This document shows, in pieces, positions 10,516-20,570 of a stretch of DNA of 64,000 nt (its first letter is position 1; the number at the start of each line of letters is the position of its first letter). Under the pieces are notes generated by a model, which saw only the letters and a list, made by a program, of their open reading frames with translations, did not search any database and was not told the DNA's origin. This stretch comes from an uncultured Chroococcidiopsis sp. (GTDB lineage Bacteria > Cyanobacteriota > Cyanobacteriia > Cyanobacteriales > Chroococcidiopsidaceae): contig CAXTYC010000023.1 in the NCBI GenBank assembly GCA_964248365.1, positions 17,386 through 81,385 on the forward strand, given 5' to 3'. The translations under genes were made by a program, and so were the position numbers.

Positions 10516-11679
10516 ATGCGTGTTTTAAGTATTCATAACCGCTATCAAATTCGAGGTGGAGAAGACGAGTCTAGGGAAGCAGAGGAAAAACTTTTACGGG
10601 AAATGGGTAACATCGTTGATGTATATGAAGAAAACAACGATCGCTTAGCAACTATCAACTCTGTAGAAATGGCTCTGAGGACAGTCTGGTCTAAAGAGGC
10701 TTATCAAACAGTAAAACAGCGTCTAAAAAAGCAGCCCCACGATATAGTTCACGTTCAAAATTTTTTTCCTCTAATTTCTCCCTCAGTTTACTACGCAGCA
10801 AAGTCCCAAGGGGTTCCTGTAGTTCAGACTTTGCGTAACTATCGTCTTTTGTGTCCTAATGGTTTGTTTTTTCGCAACGGAAGTGTCTGCGAAGATTGTC
10901 TGGGCAAGGCAGTTCCTTTGCCTGGGGTATGGCATGGCTGCTACCGAGAAAGCCGCATGGCAAGTGGAGCTGTTGCAACAATGCTGACTGTGCATCGCAC
11001 CATGCGAACTTGGATAGAGATGGTAGATGTATATATTGCCCTTACCGAGTTCGCGCGTCAGAAGTTTATTCAAAGTGGTTTTCCAGCAGAAAAAATTGTA
11101 GTTAAGCCTAACTTCGTTCACCCCGATCCAAAACCAGGAGAAGGGCGCGGAGGGTATGCCCTCTATGTGGGAAGGCTTTCAGTAGAAAAAGGATTAGATA
11201 CGCTGCTATCCGCTTGGGAGCGATTGGGAAAACAGCTACCTCTCAAAATTGTTGGGGATGGACCACTAACAGATCAGGTAGTTGAGGCTAGTAAGAAACT
11301 TGGCTGTGTAGAGTGGTTGGGACGCAAACCGATGCAGGAAGTTTATGACTTGATGGGTGAAGCTACCTTTGTGGTTTTTCCATCAAAGTGGTACGAAACC
11401 TTTGGTCGAGTGGCAGTAGAAGCTTTTGCTAAAGGTACTCCAGTGATTGCTGCTAATATTGGAGCGATCGCTGAATTAATTGAGCATCGTCGCACTGGGC
11501 TACACTTTCGTCCAGGCGATTCGGAAGATTTAGCAACGCAGGTAGAGTGGGCTTTGACGCATCCAAGAGAACTTGCCCAGATGCGCTACCAGGCTAGAAC
11601 TGAGTTTGAGGCTAAATACACCGCCCAGCAAAACTACCGCAGATTGATAGATATTTACCAATTGACCTGTGACAATTAG
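10516..11679 (+). CDS. Glycosyltransferase family 4
   Basis: HNRYQIRGGED, VGRLSVEKG, ETFGRVAVEA. Confidence 0.92.
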   Translation: MRVLSIHNRYQIRGGEDESREAEEKLLREMGNIVDVYEENNDRLATINSVEMALRTVWSKEAYQTVKQRLKKQPHDIVHVQNFFPLISPSVYYAAKSQGVPVVQTLRNYRLLCPNGLFFRNGSVCEDCLGKAVPLPGVWHGCYRESRMASGAVATMLTVHRTMRTWIEMVDVYIALTEFARQKFIQSGFPAEKIVVKPNFVHPDPKPGEGRGGYALYVGRLSVEKGLDTLLSAWERLGKQLPLKIVGDGPLTDQVVEASKKLGCVEWLGRKPMQEVYDLMGEATFVVFPSKWYETFGRVAVEAFAKGTPVIAANIGAIAELIEHRRTGLHFRPGDSEDLATQVEWALTHPRELAQMRYQARTEFEAKYTAQQNYRRLIDIYQLTCDN

Positions 11680-11703
11680 TTCTGAATTGGATGGCAACAA
11701 AAG

Positions 11704-13626
11704 ATGAAAAAAATTCCTGTACTTACAATCAGTGCTGGCGCGATTTTATCTTCTTGTTTAATCGTAGCCAATATGATGCAGCAGCGAATATCGTTTCAGT
11801 CCTTGGCAAGTAATTCTGCTGTACTAGCAAATAACACAACAACCGTTCCAGCTGCGGAAGTTACAACTGACAATATTATCTTTCCAAAGGATGGGGGTGT
11901 AATTAATGTTAAAAATGCTCCATACAACGCTAAAGGAGATGGTGTTACTGACGACACGGCGGCAATTGGGCGGGCGCTGGGCGCTTACCCTAATGCAAAT
12001 AAGATTATTTATTTACCAAAAGGTACTTATCTAGTCTCGAACCAATTACAATGGCCCAATGGTAGGGGTGGACAAGAACATAAAAGAACAATCCTACAAG
12101 GTCAGAACACAGGAAAGACAATTATCAAGTTAAAAAATAGCGCCCCTGGCTTTACCAACCCATTTTTGCCTAAAGCAGTGATTTGGACTGGCAATGCTCC
12201 TGCTCAGCGGTTTCGGAATGCTATTCGTAATTTGACAGTAGATACAGGTACTGGTAATTCAGGTGCGATCGCCATCCAGTTCATTGCAAATAACCAAGGC
12301 ACAATACGTAATGTAACCATACGCTCAGGTGATGGTCAAGGTATTGTAGGACTTGATATGTCCTACACCAATGAAATCGGTCCTTTATTAGTTAAAAATC
12401 TCAAAGTCTATGGCTTTAATGTCGGCATCAAGACAGCTAACAAAGTTAATAGCCAAACCTTTGAACATATCACCTTGCAAAACCAAAAAGAATACGGTTT
12501 TGCTAACTATGGTCAAGTAATTAGCATCCGAGACTTGCAGAGTAACAATGTTGTGCCTGCAATTTATAATAAAGACGGAATTCTAACTTTAATTGATTCA
12601 AAATTAACTGCAACCAACAAAGTATCAGGGCAGCCTGCCATTAAAAACGACTCAACGCTTTTCGCCCGTAACATCAAGATATCAGGCTATCAAATCGCCA
12701 TTGGGAATAAAAGTGGTCGGCAGAATGTTGCCAGTTCGTCAGTGACGGAATTTGTATCTCATCCAATCTCTAGCGTTTTTCCCACACCATCCAAATCGTT
12801 GAATCTGCCGATAGAGGAAACACCAGATGTATCATGGGATGCCTTAAGTAATTGGGAAAGCCCAACTCATTTTGGTGCAGTTCCTAATGACAATAGAGAT
12901 GACAGTGCGGCAATTCAGGCTGCGATCGACTCTGGCAAAACAACCGTGTACTTTCCTAATGGTTCGTATATAGTTAATCATACTATTTATATCAGAAATA
13001 AAGTCAAAAGAATTATTGGACTAGAGGCTGGTATTGTTGGTAAGGGCGTTTTTCGTTTTGTAGAAGGTAGTGCGCCTGTTGTAGTTATAGAACGTCTTGA
13101 CGGAATTGGAAGTGGAATTATCCATGCCACTTCTAGAACACTAGTTCTCAGCAGTATGAGCCTGGCTCCCAGCGGTGGTAAAGCCAGCTATTCCAATATT
13201 GGAAATGGCAAACTTTTTATTGAAGATGTGGTAGGAGGACCTTGGAAATTTGAGCGGCAAAAAATTTGGGCGCGGCAGTTCAACGCTGAAAATCAAGGTA
13301 TACACATATCTAACAACGCGGGAAACTTATGGATACTAGGTCTCAAAACTGAAAGAGATGGTATTTTGGTAGATACTAAAGCAGGTGCAAAAACTGAAAT
13401 AATAGGAGGATTGATTTATTCTAATTCTGACCGGAAAACAACACCAATGTTTACAAATGAAAACTCTGCTGTTTCCCTGACTATTGGAGAATGTAATTTT
13501 AATCGAAATTTCTACTTTAATTTAGTTACTGAAACACGAAATGGTGTGATGAAACAATTAAATAGAGGTGATACACCACAGCGTTGTAATGGTAGTGCCA
13601 TTCCTTTATACGTTGGGCATAAATAA
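11704..13626 (+). CDS. Exported beta-helix polysaccharide hydrolase/lyase-like protein (pectate-lyase-3/GH55-like)
   Basis: Signal-like N-terminus; two copies of the GDG.TDDTAAI/PND..DDSAAIQ motif, each followed by (I/V)Y(L/F)P.G.Y. Confidence 0.75.
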   Translation: MKKIPVLTISAGAILSSCLIVANMMQQRISFQSLASNSAVLANNTTTVPAAEVTTDNIIFPKDGGVINVKNAPYNAKGDGVTDDTAAIGRALGAYPNANKIIYLPKGTYLVSNQLQWPNGRGGQEHKRTILQGQNTGKTIIKLKNSAPGFTNPFLPKAVIWTGNAPAQRFRNAIRNLTVDTGTGNSGAIAIQFIANNQGTIRNVTIRSGDGQGIVGLDMSYTNEIGPLLVKNLKVYGFNVGIKTANKVNSQTFEHITLQNQKEYGFANYGQVISIRDLQSNNVVPAIYNKDGILTLIDSKLTATNKVSGQPAIKNDSTLFARNIKISGYQIAIGNKSGRQNVASSSVTEFVSHPISSVFPTPSKSLNLPIEETPDVSWDALSNWESPTHFGAVPNDNRDDSAAIQAAIDSGKTTVYFPNGSYIVNHTIYIRNKVKRIIGLEAGIVGKGVFRFVEGSAPVVVIERLDGIGSGIIHATSRTLVLSSMSLAPSGGKASYSNIGNGKLFIEDVVGGPWKFERQKIWARQFNAENQGIHISNNAGNLWILGLKTERDGILVDTKAGAKTEIIGGLIYSNSDRKTTPMFTNENSAVSLTIGECNFNRNFYFNLVTETRNGVMKQLNRGDTPQRCNGSAIPLYVGHK

Positions 13627-13667
13627 TGACAGCAATAATTTGGATACTTGCCCCTAGAGGTAAATAA

Positions 13668-14993
13668 ATGAATTTACAAGCTATATCTCAAAAAAAAAGA
13701 AAGGGATATGTCCAGCTTTCCCATTTGTTAATGTTGGCGTTTTGCTTGGCTTTTTATCCCCGCGTTCTCACTTTATTAAAAATTCCATCATTTGTTAATC
13801 TTTTACACCTGATAATTATTCCAGGTATTTGTTTATTTACAATACTTAAAACCCGAACTAGAAGTAAGAGCCAAATTGCCATTTCAAAGGCGTTAATTTT
13901 TGGCATAACTATCTTGTTTACAGTAATGGTTGCTAGCGCCCTTTTAAATAGGGCTGGATTTATCAATGTAATCGTAGATTTTTTGCTTCTGTGCGAACCG
14001 TTCATGATGTTGCTGGCATTCGTAAGCATTCCCATGTCTCCAACCAAAATTGAACAAATTCGCACTTTGCTAATTTATTCTGGCTTTATTAACACCTTGT
14101 TTGCCTTTGTTCAGCACTATATTCTCAAGCTGCACCTCCGCCCTGGGCAAGAAGATAACATCAAAGGAGTATTTATCGCACAAGGAGCAGGTCACGTTAT
14201 AGGCGCTTCGGTTGCATTGACCTTTGGTCTGTATTATTTTTTCAATGCTAAGACTGTTCCCCTGTGGCTCCGCGCATGTGTATTACTTGCTACTTTTTGG
14301 CATATAATACTTGCTGATGCCAAGCAGGTGTTGCTAGCTTTTTTGGTAGGTGGGTTACTTCTATTATTAACTAAGTTCAAGGATATTGGACAGGCAATAA
14401 AGTACCTTTCAGCTGGAAGTGTAATTGTTTTACTGTTAGTTTGGTGTCTAGAAAATGTGCCTGCTTTCTCTGCATACAAGACTTGGCTCAGACCAGAAAT
14501 CTATGGTCCTGATGGTGAAGCTACCAAACTCAAGTTGGCGACATTTTCAATCGTTCCTTCATACTATCATTCACCCCTAAATCCTTGGCTGGGTCTTGGA
14601 CCTGGTCATACCGTTGGGCGCTTAGGAGGATGGATGCTTAGAGAATATGAAGCTTTATTGACACCTTTAGGCTCTACTACCCATCCTGCTAGCAATGCTG
14701 TGTGGGCAGCAACAGCAGCAAGTTGGCTCGGAAACCAATCGAGTATGTTCTCGCCACTGTTTGGCTGGGCTGGTATCTGGGGCGATTTAGGTTTTTTAGG
14801 GCTAGGAGCATACCTGTATCTCGCGTTTTTAGTTTGGCATAAGCTTTGCTTGAATGACTTTTCCAAATTTTTACTATTGTGTGTATCTGTTTTTGGTCTG
14901 ATTTTTTCTCAAATGGAAGAACCTGGTTATATGCTATTTGTGGCAACCATAATCGGTCTTCAATGGCAAGAAAAACGATACAGAAGAACTTAA
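13668..14993 (+). CDS. Polytopic membrane protein, probable Wzy-like polymerase
   Basis: About 10 TM segments, late periplasmic loop with GLGPG, position in Wzx cluster. Confidence 0.6.
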   Translation: MNLQAISQKKRKGYVQLSHLLMLAFCLAFYPRVLTLLKIPSFVNLLHLIIIPGICLFTILKTRTRSKSQIAISKALIFGITILFTVMVASALLNRAGFINVIVDFLLLCEPFMMLLAFVSIPMSPTKIEQIRTLLIYSGFINTLFAFVQHYILKLHLRPGQEDNIKGVFIAQGAGHVIGASVALTFGLYYFFNAKTVPLWLRACVLLATFWHIILADAKQVLLAFLVGGLLLLLTKFKDIGQAIKYLSAGSVIVLLLVWCLENVPAFSAYKTWLRPEIYGPDGEATKLKLATFSIVPSYYHSPLNPWLGLGPGHTVGRLGGWMLREYEALLTPLGSTTHPASNAVWAATAASWLGNQSSMFSPLFGWAGIWGDLGFLGLGAYLYLAFLVWHKLCLNDFSKFLLLCVSVFGLIFSQMEEPGYMLFVATIIGLQWQEKRYRRT

Positions 14994-15065
14994 AATTAAA
15001 TAGATACCGCAAATATACAAAAAGCAAAAACACTGCTAAAAGATTGGACATCTGAATATTTGTAT

Positions 15066-15213
15066 TGGACGTTTCCAAAAATTAAAGCCAGCCCTAATAA
15101 CAAATCGCGTATACGTTAAGCCCCACAAATCACCCAAGAGGCGCGACGTTTCGGGAAAGAAGCTTCTTTCCCGAAAGCTCGCAAGTCGTGGCTTTAATTT
15201 ATGGAGAATTCTA
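15066..15213. mobile_element. MITE-like element (about 148 bp)
   Basis: Imperfect 25-bp terminal inverted repeats (20/25 match); internal hairpin TTTCGGGAAAGAAG/CTTCTTTCCCGAAA. Confidence 0.45.
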
Positions 15214-15574
15214 TTAAAGCTGGGGCAGTTGTCGGGGTTTTTGATTGAAAACACCGCAGCAGCAGAATTTGTCCCCCCTACACTTGTGAAGGTTTCATAA
15301 ACTTTTCAGTAAGTTTATGTAAAATTACGCAAAGTAGCTAAATAGACATGGTATAAAAAATACATATCCTTGAACCTGTGTGAATTTTAGGAATTATGTT
15401 AGTCGAAAACGAGTGGCAATCTGGGCTATAGCCCAGAATTGGTAAAACTTTTTTGCTGACTCGTTAAGGGTTGTTTGCTTTAAACAATTGTTATTCGTAC
15501 TAGACTAGCAATCTGGAAAATTCAGAAATTTCGCCAGTCTGACAGGTTATTACTTATAGCTTTTGTATTTATAG

Positions 15575-16918
15575 ATGAGTGTTCTTATGAATCTCAAATC
15601 CATCTATGCTCGTATTGGCATATCTGCTCGTACGCGCATTGTATTTATTAGTGTTTTATTCTTTCTTACTGGGCTAATTATTTTTACTGGGCTATCTATT
15701 TTTACTCAACCAGCTAGTGCAATTAGTTTTACAACCAACAGTGTTCGACCAGCAGATGTACTCGATTACGAGGCACTAGGTTACACATATGACACACTTT
15801 CTATCCAAGGCAGCAATAGAAATCTAAAGGTCAGAAAAAATGCTGCAAGTTTGAACTCGGGCGAAATCAGCAGGTTCGTCAATGCCGTTTTAAGCTTGAA
15901 ACGGACAATGACTTCAGGCAGTGATGGCACGCGAATTAGTATATACGATCAGTTTGTAGCAACGCATTTAGGAACCACAGACGTAGCGGGGCGTATAGGT
16001 CCAGATGGCAGACGTTTTTCAAGTCCTGCTCATGGCAATGCTGCCTTTCTACCATGGCATCGTGAATTTCTATATGAATTTGAACACCTTTTGCAGGTAG
16101 TAGATCCGTCCGTAACAATCCCCTACTGGGATTTTACAGATCGTAATACAAGAAACATTATCTTCCAGAACAATTTCATCGGACCTAATGGCGGTGCTTC
16201 TGGAGTAGGCGGTGGTGCGGTACAGTCTGGTTTTTTCTCAGCAGCTAATGGATGGCGGCAAAGAAGAGACTTGAGTAGCAACACATGGGCAGGGAGATCT
16301 ACCGATACCCAACCACTTACACGCTATATGCGTTCTCCTGATAGATTACCTACTACAACTCAGGTCAATCAAATCCTTGCCCAAACTTCCTATGATGCGT
16401 TTCGCGGTTCCCTGGAAACTACAGCACATGCTGGAGCCCACCTGTGGATGGGAGGCTCGACGGCAAATGTCTCAACTTCTCCCAACGATCCAACGTTTTG
16501 GCTGTTGCATGCGAATGTAGACCGCATCTGGGCTGAATGGCAAGTGGATGGACATTGGGGTAGCGATTGGTATACTAGGACTGGTAAACCTTTCGGACAC
16601 AACCTGAATGACATGATGTGGCCCTGGGATCAAGGTCGCATGAGTGCTGCGGCTGATTTGCAAGCCTTAATACCCAGTCTATCCTCAGTTGAAGCTAGAA
16701 CTCGCCGTTCACTACGTTCAGTTGAATTTAGGGTTGCCAGTAGTCCAGAAGAGTTAATGTCAGATCACAACCGTCATTTGTACAATCCATTTGACTCTCA
16801 GGGTGAACACGAGATGCATCACCATATGCTTTGTGAGGCAAATACATCGAGCGATATGCAATGTGACAACAACACAGACAACATTGCTGCTGCCTCATCC
16901 ATCCTTCCTCCAGCCTAA
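15575..16918 (+). CDS. Tyrosinase (type-3 copper), probably exported
   Basis: VRKN, AHGNAAFLPWHR, IPYWD, HAGAHLW, SPNDPTFWLLHANVD; hydrophobic N-terminus ending in PASA. Confidence 0.92.
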   Translation: MSVLMNLKSIYARIGISARTRIVFISVLFFLTGLIIFTGLSIFTQPASAISFTTNSVRPADVLDYEALGYTYDTLSIQGSNRNLKVRKNAASLNSGEISRFVNAVLSLKRTMTSGSDGTRISIYDQFVATHLGTTDVAGRIGPDGRRFSSPAHGNAAFLPWHREFLYEFEHLLQVVDPSVTIPYWDFTDRNTRNIIFQNNFIGPNGGASGVGGGAVQSGFFSAANGWRQRRDLSSNTWAGRSTDTQPLTRYMRSPDRLPTTTQVNQILAQTSYDAFRGSLETTAHAGAHLWMGGSTANVSTSPNDPTFWLLHANVDRIWAEWQVDGHWGSDWYTRTGKPFGHNLNDMMWPWDQGRMSAAADLQALIPSLSSVEARTRRSLRSVEFRVASSPEELMSDHNRHLYNPFDSQGEHEMHHHMLCEANTSSDMQCDNNTDNIAAASSILPPA

Positions 16919-17089
16919 ACGTCTTTGCTATTTTAATTAACTAGGTGAAGCGCTTTCCGTTCCTCTCAGGAATATAGAACTTATCTGTGAAAGCTACATT
17001 TCTGAGGGGAGATGGTAAGTGGCATCGTTTACTTAGCACCCTCGTCAGTCTTGAGAAATTCTCAACTGAATACAACTTAAGGATTCAGA

Positions 17090-17557
17090 ATGTTGAAATT
17101 AATAGGCTTGAGTGCAACTTTATTTACTAACACTTTTGTGTTTTTGTCTGGCGCTCAATTGGAGGCGATCGCACGAGAGCCTGATTACCCTTGCTACATG
17201 ATTGCTCCCTCCGGCCAAACTGTAGATTTATCTAACTCCCTGTGTAGTTTCGGACATAATATTGTTGATACTAGTGCTAATATTGACGACTTATTCTTTG
17301 CTGATTATAAGCAAGCTCTAATCAAAAAGTATCCAAACTTAAATAATGTTTTGCTGGAGCAACAACCTGAAGCGTTTGGGTATGCTCATGCTGTTTGTAA
17401 TGGTCTGAAGTCTGGGCTTTCTCCTAATGTAATTCAAAGTTTACAAAACGAGCAAATTGTTAATACCATTTCTGGAAGAAACACGATTGTTGACTTAGAA
17501 TTGATTAATTTTTTAGCTCCTAAATACTATTGCCCACAATTCAAGCAAGGTAGGTAA
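17090..17557 (+). CDS. Exported hypothetical protein (DUF732-like C-terminus)
   Basis: Signal peptide; PCYM...G..VDLS..C and YAHAVC...YYCP Cys pairs. Confidence 0.55.
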   Translation: MLKLIGLSATLFTNTFVFLSGAQLEAIAREPDYPCYMIAPSGQTVDLSNSLCSFGHNIVDTSANIDDLFFADYKQALIKKYPNLNNVLLEQQPEAFGYAHAVCNGLKSGLSPNVIQSLQNEQIVNTISGRNTIVDLELINFLAPKYYCPQFKQGR

Positions 17558-18064
17558 ATCACAATTTTGTCAAAATCATTACAAAAGCACTGTTATTAAG
17601 CAATATTTGGCATAACTAATTTTTGTCTAGCTGATTACAAGTTTATAGCTGAGCGCTATCACCCTTATGCTTATTTTTTATTTTTTCAAGTCATCAACTA
17701 TAAATTTACATAAAAATCAAAATTACACTAACAAATAATCTTTTAAATATCTTAAAAATACGGTATTTTTTATTACCTTTAACTATATATTTTTTTAATA
17801 AAGCGCTGCTATTAGTCCGTTCAAACAGGTTTTTTGGATGTATTCTATATTAATACTCCTCAAAAAATTGAATTTTACTTACAGTTACTAAGATTAGCAT
17901 AACTTTTTTGTTAGTAAATCATAAGTAATTATTAATAATTAGAACTGCTACTTTAAATAAGTTAGCACTAGTTATTTGTAAGGTTACACAATTATTAACT
18001 TTATAATCAACTTTTTTGAGAAAGTGATTATTTGTTTATTCTGGAAAATTAAGGATTAATTTAT

Positions 18065-18934
18065 ATGCTAATGAAAGCTGATACAAAGCAAATAAAGAAT
18101 CAAGCCAAATTAGTACTTACAAATCAATTTCAAGCTTTAGATCTAACAAAGCTAAAAGCTACAAATTCTCAAATAACTACGCATGACATTGATGTGATAG
18201 GCTCACCTGTGACAGCTGCACCTTTCGATGTCCAAATAGAAATGATGTTGGAATGGGCTAGTAGCCGTGCAAGTAAAGTGGTTTGTGTAGCAAATGTCCA
18301 TATGCTGACGGAAGCTTATTGGCATCCAGAGTTTAGCTCAGTCTTAAAAAATGCAGATATGGTGACACCTGATGGTATGCCCTTAGTTTGGATGCTGAAG
18401 CTAATGGGAGCGCGTGATCAAAATCGTGTGGCTGGAATGGATATTTTATTGTCTTTGTGTAAGCTCACTCCCCAGCGAAACATTAGTATTTTCTTCTTGG
18501 GTTCCCAGCCAGAAATTCTGGAGAAAATGAGCAAGAAATTAAAGTGTGAGTTTCCTAATTTGCAAATAGCAGGGATGGAGCCATTACCCTTCCGTCCACT
18601 TACACGAGCAGAGGATGAGGCTCTGATCCAAAAGATTCATAACAGTGGATGTGGCATAGTTTTAGTGTCTCTTGGATGTCCAAAACAAGAGTACTGGATG
18701 AATCAACACAAAGACAAAATTCAGGCTGTGATGATTGGGGTGGGGGGAGTTTTCCCAGTGTATGCAGGAATTGTGAAACGCGCTCCCTTATGGATGAGGA
18801 ATTTAGGATTAGAGTGGTTTTATAGGTTCGTTCAAGAGCCGCGTAGACTGTGGAAACGATACGGAACTACTATCCCTCCTTTTATTTGGTTAGCTTTAAA
18901 GCAGTTACTCAGCTTAAAGCTAAAATTGGGGTAA
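18065..18934 (+). CDS. WecB/TagA/CpsF glycosyltransferase (GT26)
   Basis: PDGMPLVW, RVAGMD, LGCPKQE, RAP.WM...GLEW.YR..QEPRRLWKRY. Confidence 0.93.
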   Translation: MLMKADTKQIKNQAKLVLTNQFQALDLTKLKATNSQITTHDIDVIGSPVTAAPFDVQIEMMLEWASSRASKVVCVANVHMLTEAYWHPEFSSVLKNADMVTPDGMPLVWMLKLMGARDQNRVAGMDILLSLCKLTPQRNISIFFLGSQPEILEKMSKKLKCEFPNLQIAGMEPLPFRPLTRAEDEALIQKIHNSGCGIVLVSLGCPKQEYWMNQHKDKIQAVMIGVGGVFPVYAGIVKRAPLWMRNLGLEWFYRFVQEPRRLWKRYGTTIPPFIWLALKQLLSLKLKLG

Positions 18935-19101
18935 GTAGGTGCTTTAATGGCGGCGAGGCTTGCTTAAAGGGCGCAGCTGTACACCGAAAGACTGCCACAA
19001 TTATATAATGTGTTGACATAGCAAACTTGACTTAACTGTGGCAATCTGAGAAACAGATAGCAAATCTGATATTCTCGCTACAAAAATAAAGCTAATAGGT
19101 T

Positions 19102-20328
19102 ATGCAGACGCTGCCCAATCCAGCTACCTCTCAAGCCGCCAACCGTCAACTCTCGACTGACACCACCATTCACCGCCGCCAGACGAGGGCGGTGAAAGTT
19201 GGTAATGTCGCCATTGGCGGTGGCTACCCTGTCGTAGTGCAATCGATGATTAATGAAGACACTCTGGACATAAATGGCTCAGTTGCAGCCATTCGTCGCC
19301 TACACGAAGTTGGCTGTGAAATCGTCCGAGTGACAGTACCAAGTATGGCTCACGCCAAAGCCTTGGCAGAAATTAAGCAGAAATTGTCTGCAACTTACCA
19401 GTCAGTACCACTAGTTGCAGATGTACATCACAACGGCATGAAAATTGCCCTGGAAGTAGCAAAACACGTTGATAAAGTGCGGATAAATCCAGGGTTGTAC
19501 GTATTTGAGAAGCCTAAAGCCGATAGAACCGAATATACTCAAGCGGAATTTGATGAGATTGGTGAAAAGATCCGTGAAACCTTAGAACCGCTTGTGATTT
19601 CCCTGCGGGATCAGGGTAAAGCCATGCGGATTGGCGTTAATCACGGTTCCTTGGCTGAGCGTATGCTGTTCTCCTATGGCGACACTCCAGAAGGCATGGT
19701 AGAATCAGCGCTGGAATTTATTCGCATTTGTGAATCTTTAGACTTCCGCAATCTAGTTATCTCCTTAAAAGCGTCGCGGGTTCCTGTGATGCTAGCTGCT
19801 TATCGCTTGATAGTACAGCGGATGGATGAACTGGGGATGGACTATCCTCTGCATCTGGGTGTAACAGAAGCTGGGGATGGTGAATATGGTCGTATCAAGT
19901 CAACCGCTGGAATTGGTACACTTTTAGCTGAAGGAATTGGCGACACCATCCGAGTATCACTTACAGAAGCACCAGAAAAAGAAATTCCTGTTTGCTACAG
20001 CATTCTGCAAGCACTCGGCTTGCGCAAGACAATGGTGGAATATGTTGCTTGTCCTTCTTGTGGACGCACTTTGTTTAATTTGGAAGAAGTGCTGCACAAA
20101 GTACGGGAAGCAACAAAACACCTAACTGGTCTTGATATCGCTGTTATGGGTTGTATCGTCAACGGTCCTGGCGAAATGGCAGATGCTGACTACGGTTATG
20201 TTGGTAAGCAGCCAGGTTACATCTCTCTGTATCGTGGCAGAGAAGAAATTAAAAGAGTACCTGAATCTCAAGGGGTAGAGGAATTGATTAACTTAATTAA
20301 AGCAGACGATCGCTGGGTTGATCCTTGA
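19102..20328 (+). CDS. ispG: HMBPP synthase
   Basis: [41 protein letters not shown]. Confidence 0.97.
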   Translation: MQTLPNPATSQAANRQLSTDTTIHRRQTRAVKVGNVAIGGGYPVVVQSMINEDTLDINGSVAAIRRLHEVGCEIVRVTVPSMAHAKALAEIKQKLSATYQSVPLVADVHHNGMKIALEVAKHVDKVRINPGLYVFEKPKADRTEYTQAEFDEIGEKIRETLEPLVISLRDQGKAMRIGVNHGSLAERMLFSYGDTPEGMVESALEFIRICESLDFRNLVISLKASRVPVMLAAYRLIVQRMDELGMDYPLHLGVTEAGDGEYGRIKSTAGIGTLLAEGIGDTIRVSLTEAPEKEIPVCYSILQALGLRKTMVEYVACPSCGRTLFNLEEVLHKVREATKHLTGLDIAVMGCIVNGPGEMADADYGYVGKQPGYISLYRGREEIKRVPESQGVEELINLIKADDRWVDP

Positions 20329-20511
20329 GGGGCTAGGGGCTAGGGGCTAGGGGCTAGAGAAGAAAAATGGACTAGGAACTAGGGAAATAGTAATTAGTGT
20401 AAGTTACAAAGATTTCTCAGTCCTACCAGTCAAAGTATACTAACCCCGCGCTTCCTCTAACCTCTAACCCCTCTTCTTCCCCTAGTCCCTAGTCCCTAGC
20501 CCCTAGTCCCT
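20328..20511. repeat. Inverted pair of STRR heptamer arrays (GGGGCTA)n / (CCCTAGT)n
   Basis: Visible directly; same family at about 21862-21998, 29636-29645 and 50621-50651. Confidence 0.85.
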
Positions 20512-20570
20512 ATTTGCTGTGCTAAATTGGGCATACTCGGTTCGCATTTTCCTCCGGCTCAGCAGTTATT

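Noticed and set aside
15036..15254. 72-aa minus-strand ORF
   Set aside because: Overlaps the MITE-like repeat; TTG/GTG-type start and no protein features
7773..16918. Scytonemin cluster (suggested by tyrA and tyrosinase)
   Set aside because: No scyA-F, trp or ebo genes in the window
17560..18064. Very AT-rich 500-bp gap as a hidden gene or RNA
   Set aside because: No ORF or stable structure seen; likely promoter DNA
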